From a virus, in IMG/VR virus record IMGVR_UViG_3300047546_001733, positions 8,157 to 72,156 of that record: a DNA stretch of 64,000 bases; one strand, given 5' to 3'. Made by a program: the position numbers and the translations under genes. Shown here piece after piece: positions 56,269 to 64,000 of this stretch. Below the pieces are notes generated by a model. The model saw only the letters and a program-made list of their open reading frames with translations. It did no database searches and had not been told where the DNA came from. The stretch's first letter is position 1, and each line of letters opens with the position of its first letter.

Positions 56269-56892
56269 GTGAATAGCAAGTATCAGGTTAAAAGAATTTC
56301 AGGAAAACAATCAAAAGAGTTTATTATTAAAAACCACTATACTCATGGATGTCATAATGGTCCTATGGGATTTGGTCTTTTTGACGAAGAAACTCTAATT
56401 GGTGTCTGTGCATTCGCCACACCTTGTTCTGAAAATGTTCGTGCTAGTATATTCGGAGTTGACTACAAAGACTCAGTTACAGAATTACATAGACTTTTTA
56501 TAGTAGATGGAACTCCTAAAAACACAGAAAGTTGGTTTGTCAGCCGTGCTTTACATATGTTAAAGCAAGAGAAACCTCATATTAATGCTGTAGTCTCTTT
56601 TGCCGATGGTACTCAAGGTCATGTTGGTATTATCTATCAAGCCCTAAATGCTTTATACTACGGTACGTCTGGTAAAGCAACCTTTTATAGAGATGATAGT
56701 GGGAGATTACGACATCCAAGACAAAACGGGATAAACATAACAAAGGAAACTGCCAAAATACTAAATTGGACCGCAGAAAAAAGGGATGCTAAACATCGTT
56801 ATATTTTTTTACTGGGAACTCCCCTACAGAAGAAAAAACTAGGTAAGCGCATTTTAGTTAAAGTACAGCCTTACCCAAAGTTAACTAAGTAA
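56269..56892 (+). CDS. Mom-like GNAT DNA-modification protein
   Basis: NHY.H, LIGVC.F..P, ELHRL, NTESWFV, SFAD..GH.G.IYQA.N. Confidence 0.75.
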   Translation: MNSKYQVKRISGKQSKEFIIKNHYTHGCHNGPMGFGLFDEETLIGVCAFATPCSENVRASIFGVDYKDSVTELHRLFIVDGTPKNTESWFVSRALHMLKQEKPHINAVVSFADGTQGHVGIIYQALNALYYGTSGKATFYRDDSGRLRHPRQNGINITKETAKILNWTAEKRDAKHRYIFLLGTPLQKKKLGKRILVKVQPYPKLTK

Positions 56893-56904
56893 CTCTAGTC
56901 AATT

Positions 56905-56980
56905 GCCGATATAGCTTAATGGATAAAGCAACAGCCTTCTAAGCTGTTTAGTAGGGGTTCGAGTCCCTTTATCGGTACCA
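56905..56980 (+). tRNA. tRNA-Arg(TCT)
   Basis: GCCGATA/TATCGGT, CT-TCT-AA loop, CCA. Confidence 0.92.
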
Positions 56981-57020
56981 ACCGCTGTAGCGGTAAATTC
57001 ACTAAAATTAAGGAAATTCA

Positions 57021-57566
57021 ATGACAACTGATAAGTATGCGCTCGGTTACATGAAGCACATCTACAATCCACTATTCTCAAAAACAGCCGAAGAAATATC
57101 CTCGGTACTGGAGATTGGTGTCAACCAAGGAGAATCTATTCTGGAGTGGAGAAATCAATTCCCGAACGCAAAGATTTACGGAGTAGACATTAATACAACT
57201 CCACTTACGACTTCAACTGTAGAGGGTATTTTAATTCTTGAGAGTACTGATGCCTATTCAACCAAGACTGTAGAGAATCTTCGCTTTATTTCCCCGTCTG
57301 GGTACGATATAATTATTGATGATGGTTCTCATGCGGCTAATCACCAAGAATTTTTTGTGGCACATTATCTAGATTTGCTTTCTGAAAATGGTACACTCAT
57401 TGTAGAGGATATTATTTACCCGGGAGTTACTCAGACACTAATTAATAAAATCGACCCCAATAAGTACGATGTATCTGTCTATGATATGCGAAGTAAACAG
57501 TTAGACCCGACGTTAAATGAACGCTGGAAGAGTGGTCTTGATGTTGTTGTCGTTACAAAAAGATAA
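57021..57566 (+). CDS. Class I SAM-dependent methyltransferase
   Basis: VLEIGV..G.S, GVDI, DIIIDDGSH, IVED. Confidence 0.85.
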   Translation: MTTDKYALGYMKHIYNPLFSKTAEEISSVLEIGVNQGESILEWRNQFPNAKIYGVDINTTPLTTSTVEGILILESTDAYSTKTVENLRFISPSGYDIIIDDGSHAANHQEFFVAHYLDLLSENGTLIVEDIIYPGVTQTLINKIDPNKYDVSVYDMRSKQLDPTLNERWKSGLDVVVVTKR

Positions 57567-57587
57567 AAAAAGGAAAGGCTAGTTTCT

Positions 57588-58274
57588 ATGTTGAACAAAG
57601 TTAAAATAGTAGGTATTACACAGCCAGAGGTATATACAGACCGTGGTGAATTACTTACTGTGGAGGAATTTCTTGCGTATGTGGCTCGGGTATCTAACCC
57701 AGATAATCAAATGAACACGCTAACAGCGTCTAAGTTACTTAGTTATCTGGCTACTCATAAACACTGGAGTCCATTTGAGATGGTCAATATTGTCATGGAA
57801 GTTGAAACTCCACGAGATATTGCACGACAAATTCTTCGGCATCGTAGTTTTGCATTTCAGGAGTTCAGTCAACGGTATGCAGACCCGACTACTTTGCTTG
57901 GATTTATCCACCGTGGTGCACGGCTACAAGACACAAAGAATCGTCAGAATAGTACAGAACTTACTGAAGATAGTGAACATCAATACATAAAGTACCAGTG
58001 GGATGCTATTCAAGACGAGTTGTTAGCAAAAGTTTCCTCTGCATATAAGTGGGCAATTGACCACGGGCTTGCAAAAGAAGTCGCCCGGGTTATTTTACCT
58101 GAAGGACTTACTAACTCGAGAATGTACATGAACGGCACGCTACGCTCATGGATTCACTACTGTCTACTTCGCACAGCGAACGGAACTCAAAAGGAACACC
58201 AAGACGTCGCTATTAAATGCTGGGAATTAATCTTACAGCGATTCCCAAGCTTATCTACTATAGAATTGCAATAG
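57588..58274 (+). CDS. thyX: FAD-dependent thymidylate synthase
   Basis: HWSPFE, RQILRHRSF.FQEFSQRY. Confidence 0.95.
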   Translation: MLNKVKIVGITQPEVYTDRGELLTVEEFLAYVARVSNPDNQMNTLTASKLLSYLATHKHWSPFEMVNIVMEVETPRDIARQILRHRSFAFQEFSQRYADPTTLLGFIHRGARLQDTKNRQNSTELTEDSEHQYIKYQWDAIQDELLAKVSSAYKWAIDHGLAKEVARVILPEGLTNSRMYMNGTLRSWIHYCLLRTANGTQKEHQDVAIKCWELILQRFPSLSTIELQ

Positions 58275-58281
58275 GAGTGCT

Positions 58282-58944
58282 ATGACTAATCCAAAAAACC
58301 AAGAAAAGCCAACAATGCTACCTAATCCAATGCCCGCCTACTCTGCGGGAAAAGCTTGGCATTATCATGACAAGACCGGTACATTGTATCAGTTGATTGT
58401 GGGGAGAATGGGTACAGGACAGCAGTGGGGTTTGCACTTGTGGCGTACCGCCCCTAATCAAAAACCAGAACTTATGTACTTAATTCCAGATGCCAACGGT
58501 AGCTTAATTATTGTAGACAAAGAACTCAGACTCTCGTGGGCGGACGACAAGGGACGACAAGGCTACCTGCCAGTTCCCGGGTTTATCCACTGGTCTGATA
58601 CACCAAGTAGTCAGGTGGTTAACGTAGATGAAGCACAAGTCAAGGTTATAAAAAGTGAAATAGCCACCACACAGAACATCGCTACACAAGCAAGGGTTAC
58701 CGCAAACACAGCAAAAAACACCGCCGATACAACTATGGCTCGTTTAGTTGCACTAGAAGCTAAGGTAGCCAGTATGGAAAAACAAATGCTTAGTAGGTCA
58801 CAAATTGAGGATATTGTATGGAGTAAAATTTGGGATGTAAATTATATGATTCGTATGGGTTTTATTCAAAGTACATCAGCAATTCGTGAGGTACAAGATT
58901 ACTTAAACGACTTAGCTGTCTACATTAAACGGATTGTCAAATGA
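58282..58944 (+). CDS. Hypothetical protein with coiled-coil C-terminus
   Basis: ORF track, AGGAG RBS. Confidence 0.7.
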   Translation: MTNPKNQEKPTMLPNPMPAYSAGKAWHYHDKTGTLYQLIVGRMGTGQQWGLHLWRTAPNQKPELMYLIPDANGSLIIVDKELRLSWADDKGRQGYLPVPGFIHWSDTPSSQVVNVDEAQVKVIKSEIATTQNIATQARVTANTAKNTADTTMARLVALEAKVASMEKQMLSRSQIEDIVWSKIWDVNYMIRMGFIQSTSAIREVQDYLNDLAVYIKRIVK

Positions 58945-59585
58945 ACGAACCGCACTATATACCTTATGTAAACTCATATGACCTACTTGAAAAAGCGTAT
59001 AATTCGACTCGTCATTACAAGTATACGACAATCATTGATAATCGAGAGCGACATAAGAATCAACCAAGCCCAAAAAGTCTAGAGAATGTTGGTAAAGTAA
59101 TGGAGATGCCGGTACATCAATCTACCGCCCAGATTATGAACATCATGACTTGGGATGCGGCTAGTATGGGTAAGCAGTATTTCACTTGGCAACATTGTGA
59201 CGCTCACTTTAATCCTAGTGTGTTCGATGAGTTCAAAGAGTTTGTTGATACCCGCAAGGGAACTGACTGGGGAATTATATACACCTACCATGATACGCTT
59301 GCCGCATATAACGTGGAGGCTATTCAAGCAATAGGCGGTTGGGATTCTCTGCGATTCCCGTGGTATTTTCTAGATAATGATATTGCCTACCGCCTACACA
59401 CAGCGGGATATAAAATGGTACAATCTCCCTGTGGTAGCCAGATAGTTCATGAGTACTCGAGTACGATTCGTAGGGACTCAGAAAGAAATCAGATTAACGA
59501 GGTGACCTTTAAAGCGTCACAAATTCTACTAAATTTAAAGCACCCAAATGGTACAGAAGTCCCATTAGTCGGTGACTACGTATAA
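58941..59585 (+). CDS. GT2-like glycosyltransferase
   Basis: HCD, IGGWD..F..YF.DND...R, H..SST. Confidence 0.65.
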   Translation: MNEPHYIPYVNSYDLLEKAYNSTRHYKYTTIIDNRERHKNQPSPKSLENVGKVMEMPVHQSTAQIMNIMTWDAASMGKQYFTWQHCDAHFNPSVFDEFKEFVDTRKGTDWGIIYTYHDTLAAYNVEAIQAIGGWDSLRFPWYFLDNDIAYRLHTAGYKMVQSPCGSQIVHEYSSTIRRDSERNQINEVTFKASQILLNLKHPNGTEVPLVGDYV

Positions 59586-60162
59586 GGAGCATACAATGCA
59601 CGGAGAGGCTATGGATTGGGTAACACAGTGTCGTACTAAGTTTGAAGTACGTCCTGAGGATAGAGTACTAGAGGTTGGCAGTTACAATCACAACGGAACA
59701 ATTCGCGGACTTTTTTCTGCGAGTAACACATATGTAGGTGTTGACATAATTAGTGGACCTTGTGTAGACATTGTTGGTAATATTAACGATGAGAATTTTC
59801 GCAATACTCTTCTAGAAACTTATGGGGGCTTTGATATCGTAGTGAGTACTGAGACACTTGAGCATACTCCTTGGCAACCGCTGATGGCTTCAATGCTCAA
59901 ACTTCTCGATTATACGAAGCCAGTTGTTCGTCTGGTACTTACTTGCGCCGGTGATAATCGCCCTTCACACAGTTACGATGGTAATCAACAACTAAAGCCC
60001 AATGAGTGGTATGCGAATGTAAATCAGAATGAACTACGGGATTTTGTAGGTAGTACACTGACTGAACTAACTGGAGAAACTCACCAGTCTACTGTTGTTG
60101 TTGTCTCGAACAGTGGTGACTACGATACGTATCTGTACGTGGAAGTGACACGATGCGCTTAG
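59572..60162 (+). CDS. SAM-dependent methyltransferase
   Basis: VLEVGSYN.NG, YVGVD...GP.VD, FD..VSTE.LEH. Confidence 0.8.
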   Translation: MTTYKEHTMHGEAMDWVTQCRTKFEVRPEDRVLEVGSYNHNGTIRGLFSASNTYVGVDIISGPCVDIVGNINDENFRNTLLETYGGFDIVVSTETLEHTPWQPLMASMLKLLDYTKPVVRLVLTCAGDNRPSHSYDGNQQLKPNEWYANVNQNELRDFVGSTLTELTGETHQSTVVVVSNSGDYDTYLYVEVTRCA

Positions 60163-60815
60163 GATATTTCATTCCAACATATAATCAGATAGACTGGGTT
60201 CTTGACAAACATCTACCCAGTCTTGATGCTTCTTTATTTGAGTATGTACACGTCCACCATAATTACTTGGTTGATACTAGTTCAGTAAGCAGGGTAGACT
60301 CTTTTAAACTTCGAGCACCTCTGTTATTTACGCACACTAGTCAAAACTTAGGTGTAGCGGCTACTTGGAATCTATTTTGTAATTTTGCAATAGAGCAAGG
60401 TATAGATGTGGCGTTTATTGCGAACGACGATATTATACTGAACGACCAGACACTACCAAGAATGTGCGATAAACTTCGTGAAACTCGTCTTGATGGTATT
60501 GTTTGTTACGGCGGTGATAATGAATTTTCACTTTTTGCAATTCCTCTCCGTGTATACAACATTATCGGAAAGTTTGATGAAAACTTTTTCCCAGCATACT
60601 TTGAAGATAATGATTACAGGTTCCGCATGAAGTTACATAAGATTCCGGTTTATTTACTTGAATCGCCGGGATATTTTCATCGTGGAAGTTCTACAATTAA
60701 TGCGTTCAATGAAGACGATATGAGACAACACCACGAAAACTTTCGCAAGAATGAGCGGTATTACATAAATAAGTGGGGCGGTCCTCCCGGAAAAGAAACG
60801 GTACCGACCTCTTGA
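60153..60815 (+). CDS. GT2 glycosyltransferase
   Basis: IPTYN, NLGVAA.WN, NDD, GKFDENF.PAYFEDND. Confidence 0.85.
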   Translation: MRLGYFIPTYNQIDWVLDKHLPSLDASLFEYVHVHHNYLVDTSSVSRVDSFKLRAPLLFTHTSQNLGVAATWNLFCNFAIEQGIDVAFIANDDIILNDQTLPRMCDKLRETRLDGIVCYGGDNEFSLFAIPLRVYNIIGKFDENFFPAYFEDNDYRFRMKLHKIPVYLLESPGYFHRGSSTINAFNEDDMRQHHENFRKNERYYINKWGGPPGKETVPTS

Positions 60816-60858
60816 CAACGTACTCGGCATATGGTAGAATACAAGCAAGGAGAAACAA

Positions 60859-61266
60859 ATGCAGACATTTCTACCATATGCTGACTTTAGAAAATCCATG
60901 CAGGTATTAGATTATCGTCGCTTAGGTAAGCAACGTGTTGAAGCGATGCAATTGATTAATGCCATTGAGTTTGTCCCAACACTCACTGGTAAACCGTACA
61001 AAGGCTGGGTCAATCACCCTGCAACTAAAATGTGGGCTAACTATGTAGATGCACTAAAGTTGTATCACAACGAGGCTATTCTTGAGTGGATTCGCCGAGG
61101 GTACAAAAACACAATGAAATTATACGATATTGACTATGTAGTTTATCCACACTGGTTAGGTAATGAAGAGTTTCATCGCTCACACCAGTCCAACCTATAT
61201 CATAAATCGCCCGCAGATTATCCTGAATTTGAAATGGAGTTTATCCCTTATGTATGGAATGATTAA
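60859..61266 (+). CDS. Pyrimidine-dimer DNA glycosylase family (MSMEG_6728-like)
   Basis: MQTFLPY..F....LD.RRLGKQRVEA, NHPA..MW, HRSHQSNL. Confidence 0.85.
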   Translation: MQTFLPYADFRKSMQVLDYRRLGKQRVEAMQLINAIEFVPTLTGKPYKGWVNHPATKMWANYVDALKLYHNEAILEWIRRGYKNTMKLYDIDYVVYPHWLGNEEFHRSHQSNLYHKSPADYPEFEMEFIPYVWND

Positions 61267-61283
61267 TAACCATGAGGTTAACA

Positions 61284-61415
61284 ATGAAGCGTAAGTCAAG
61301 TAAAGAGTACAAGTACGCAAAGCCAAAAGAACCCCGGCTGGTTACTCGAGCAGAAAAGAAAGAAAATAAATACAAAACATATCTAAGAGTAGATAAGAGA
61401 GAAGAAGAAGAATGA
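61284..61415 (+). CDS. 43-aa basic peptide
   Basis: GAGGT RBS; ATGA overlap with the next gene. Confidence 0.5.
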   Translation: MKRKSSKEYKYAKPKEPRLVTRAEKKENKYKTYLRVDKREEEE

Positions 61416-61750
61416 ATACTTTTGTTGTAGTGCCTATTTTTGATGGGGACTCTTTAGACCTGATGCCAGAAAGCTTTATATTTGATGTCCCTTACGACGG
61501 TGACTACTCTTTTGTAATAAGTGGTTCTACGTTGTCCGTAGTTCTATCTGGAAACACTACGAGTCCTACAAAAAAGGTAGAGGCACTAATTGTGGCTGAG
61601 CATGAAGAAATCCCGCCGGGATATACACTTCAGTTCGCATTTGAATTCGACAGTGAAGACAAAGACAGTACTACTGATGATGTAGCATGGTTTGCAATCT
61701 GCACTAAAGAACACAAGACGGTGGTGTACGAATGGAAAAATCAATTTTAA
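61412..61750 (+). CDS. Acidic hypothetical protein
   Basis: ORF track. Confidence 0.65.
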   Translation: MNTFVVVPIFDGDSLDLMPESFIFDVPYDGDYSFVISGSTLSVVLSGNTTSPTKKVEALIVAEHEEIPPGYTLQFAFEFDSEDKDSTTDDVAWFAICTKEHKTVVYEWKNQF

Positions 61751-61849
61751 GTTTTTCATTTTTAAATTTTGAATTTCTAATTTCCATTTTTGAATTTTGT
61801 TTTTGGATTTTTGGATTTTGGGTTATACTTACGCACAAGGAGTAATAAA

Positions 61850-62401
61850 TTGAACAAAGAAATTTTTGAGTTTCTGAAGTCTACTTCGAGTCACATTCCG
61901 AGGGGTGTTCAGATTCTCAACTCAATGAAAAACAACGGCTGGTATCTTCACTCGCTTATTGAGGTAGACCCATATCAAATATGGGCACCGACTATTTTTT
62001 GTATGAAGCGATACTACGCATCGAAGACAGGATTACGCCATATTTATTACTGGGTTGATTGTCGGCAATCGGTTCTTGAAGTAAACAACGATATACCTGT
62101 TGTAGTCTACGTTGAGTCATCTCAGCCTCAAATAATTCACACCGTGTACGAAGATTTTATTACCACGCTTATTAACCACGAAGCCGGTAATCTTTTTCTT
62201 TCATTACCAGTAAAAGTACAGGACTTTTACTACATGGATTTTATGAAGCGGTATTTTTCTAACAAGACGGGAATGGAAGTGTACGCAGTAGAGGAACATA
62301 CGTTGAAAGATGTGTCAGTCTATAGCACATTGTTTTCTTATCGTTTTAATCTTCTGCCTCCTCCTCCTCCTATTTTAAAAACCCCGCCGGATTATTACTA
62401 A
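61850..62401 (+). CDS. Hypothetical protein
   Basis: TTG start after AAGGAG. Confidence 0.6.
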   Translation: MNKEIFEFLKSTSSHIPRGVQILNSMKNNGWYLHSLIEVDPYQIWAPTIFCMKRYYASKTGLRHIYYWVDCRQSVLEVNNDIPVVVYVESSQPQIIHTVYEDFITTLINHEAGNLFLSLPVKVQDFYYMDFMKRYFSNKTGMEVYAVEEHTLKDVSVYSTLFSYRFNLLPPPPPILKTPPDYY

Positions 62402-62577
62402 TACACATATACACTATAGTGTATAACAAATAAGAGAATAATACACATAAGGATACACAGTAGCTATGGCTCCTTCTTTACCCTACTTGTATTATTGTAA
62501 AGTAACTGAGAGAGAATGTGGGATAATGTGGGATAATAAGGGATATAATGTAACTCCCCTTAAAGAAATTCCTCACG

Positions 62578-62608
62578 TTTTCCACATTTTCTCCACAGGT
62601 TATCCACA
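62578..62608 (+). promoter_or_regulatory. Three phased DnaA-box-like 9-mers
   Basis: TTTTCCACA, TTCTCCACA, TTATCCACA (perfect) at 11-bp period in a non-coding gap. Confidence 0.6.
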
Positions 62609-62687
62609 GGGAAATTCGTGAACTCGCATTAACATAAGTGCCTAGGAAACTCTCGGGGTTGCCATTATCATAAGTGCCTTCTATTTG

Positions 62688-62762
62688 GGACCGATAGTTC
62701 AAAGGCAGAGCACGTCGCTCATAACGACTTGGTTACAGGTTCGAATCCTGTTCGGTCCACCA
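62688..62762 (+). tRNA. tRNA with CAT anticodon (elongator Met or Ile2)
   Basis: GGACCGA/TCGGTCC, CT-CAT-AA loop, TTCGAAT, CCA; paired 1-72, so not an initiator. Confidence 0.9.
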
Positions 62763-62866
62763 CTACCGCATTAGGAAGGGAAATACCGAGGATTACTCGG
62801 TAGTTGACTTTTCCATCACACCATGGTATACTGCATAGGCAATCAAAAGAAAGCAGGTACTCATGA

Positions 62867-62989
62867 ATGGCAAAGTTCAATGGTATTATGGCTGTGTACG
62901 TCTTCATTTTCTGTGTGTTGCCCATTATTAAGGTATTGTTTTTGAGTATTTTCCTTTGGGATGTGCTTGGTAAGTTGGGACGTAAGTAG
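62867..62989 (+). CDS. 40-aa membrane peptide
   Basis: MAKFNGIMAVYVFIFCVLPIIKVLFLSIFLW...; TTGACT-17-TATACT promoter upstream. Confidence 0.55.
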   Translation: MAKFNGIMAVYVFIFCVLPIIKVLFLSIFLWDVLGKLGRK

Positions 62990-63053
62990 TTGACAACTGG
63001 GTGCAAAGTGTGGTATACTAGGCAAGTAATCAAATTATAAGGAGAAAGAGTGT

Positions 63054-63371
63054 ATGAAACTCAACATTATGTTGCACGCATTGACTTCAGGTATCATGTA
63101 TAAGGTACGTACAGTAGAATGTGGTAATCAGCAGTTTAGTGTATGGCGTGTATGGAACATTCCGCAGGGTATTTCTCGCTACGGCATCTCGAACAATGAC
63201 CGCACACCACAAACCTTTTACGACTGCCAAGAATCAGAAGTATTCTCTCGTGCTGTAGGTGATGCGTACAATGAACTCGCTAATACCACTCGTGACGTTT
63301 CGTACTATGAAAAACTTATCCGTGATTTACTTGTCGCTAGTCATCGCTACGCAAAAGAGGTGAGCCGATGA
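63054..63371 (+). CDS. Hypothetical protein
   Basis: TTGACA/TATACT promoter at ~62990-63019, AAGGAG RBS. Confidence 0.75.
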   Translation: MKLNIMLHALTSGIMYKVRTVECGNQQFSVWRVWNIPQGISRYGISNNDRTPQTFYDCQESEVFSRAVGDAYNELANTTRDVSYYEKLIRDLLVASHRYAKEVSR

Positions 63372-63622
63372 GCATAGAAAACCTTTTCGAATCTATCCGC
63401 AAATTGACTGATTACGAACTTATCGTACTCTTTGACCAAATAGAAGAAGATAGGAAGATGCTTATCTTCTCTTGTCTTCGGGGTGATGTGGAAATATTCA
63501 CTGATTGGGGTGATACCGAAGTCTTACGGCTTGCCTATGAACAATGGGATAATGGACGTATGCGTGAATATCTTCGTGAGCAGTTAATCAGTGCCGAAGC
63601 AGATTTCTTCGCTGATTTGTAA
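63368..63622 (+). CDS. Hypothetical protein
   Basis: GAGGTG RBS, ATGA overlap. Confidence 0.75.
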   Translation: MSIENLFESIRKLTDYELIVLFDQIEEDRKMLIFSCLRGDVEIFTDWGDTEVLRLAYEQWDNGRMREYLREQLISAEADFFADL

Positions 63623-63630
63623 GGAGCATT

Positions 63631-63867
63631 ATGAAACCTGTATTACTGAATGACTACGTGAAAGCGATTAAAAAGATTGACCCCGATTTTACACTTGAAA
63701 CGCAATTCTTCAGTGACTCTGTGGAAATTGGCATAAATGGTGAGCACTTGAATTATTCAGGCTATGATACGTTTACCATTACGTGGCGTGGTCAATCGAC
63801 GACATTCTACCACTATCAGAAGGCTTTGAAGTATTGTAGTGCGGTCTACGACTTTGTAACGCAGTAA
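63631..63867 (+). CDS. Hypothetical protein
   Basis: AAGGAG RBS. Confidence 0.75.
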   Translation: MKPVLLNDYVKAIKKIDPDFTLETQFFSDSVEIGINGEHLNYSGYDTFTITWRGQSTTFYHYQKALKYCSAVYDFVTQ

Positions 63868-63898
63868 ACGCTTTCCCTCTGCTTCCCCTTGAAAAAGT

Positions 63899-63995
63899 GG
63901 GAGGTAGGGGGTAGGGGGTAGGGGGTCCCCCTCCCCGCTCCGTAAGAAAACCCCCACGCCATTACTGGCTGGGGGCTTCTTTGTAGTGTAAAGGG
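63899..63995. repeat. Further copy of the cassette-boundary repeat
   Basis: GGGGGTAGGGGGTAGGGGGTCCCCCTCCCC plus AGTGTAAAG, same motifs as 1-6850. Confidence 0.8.
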
Positions 63996-64000
63996 TAGCG

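Noticed and set aside
62719-63033. Minus-strand ORFs overlapping tRNAs (also 56899-57081) and the plus-strand 55653 extension over the tRNA-like RNA
   Set aside because: They overlap well-formed RNA genes and promoters; spurious.

Overview
Near-complete genome of a lytic-looking tailed dsDNA phage (siphovirus-type gene order). No integrase or repressor was seen. The host cannot be determined from sequence alone; sigma70/SigA-type promoters are used throughout, and the BMP and VanW-like genes tentatively suggest a monoderm host such as Chloroflexota. Layout: (i) 1-6850 is an array of about 17 self-contained leftward expression cassettes. Each has a TCTCAT-N5-TCTCAT box, an extended -10 promoter, 1-2 tiny genes or a structured RNA, and a TGTAAA / GGGGGTAGGGGG-CCCCCTACCCCC palindromic boundary. 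(ii) 8-21.5 kb leftward: VanW-like, RNase H-like, BMP lipoprotein, DNA MTase, lysis, portal, intein-containing terminase, class II RNR, MazG. (iii) 21.6-44 kb rightward: head and tail genes. (iv) 44-64 kb rightward: replication/recombination genes, four tRNAs, Mom-like, ThyX, glycosyl/methyltransferases and a DnaA-box cluster. The most novel signals are four covarying ~100-nt tRNA-like RNAs (acceptor + T arm carrying a conserved 3-way-junction domain with a self-complementary UUCUAGA loop), a fifth 183-nt tRNA-like RNA, and the cassette array itself, whose activator-like box lies exactly 22, 32 or 43 nt from the -10. All calls come from manual reading; no database searches or folding programs were run.
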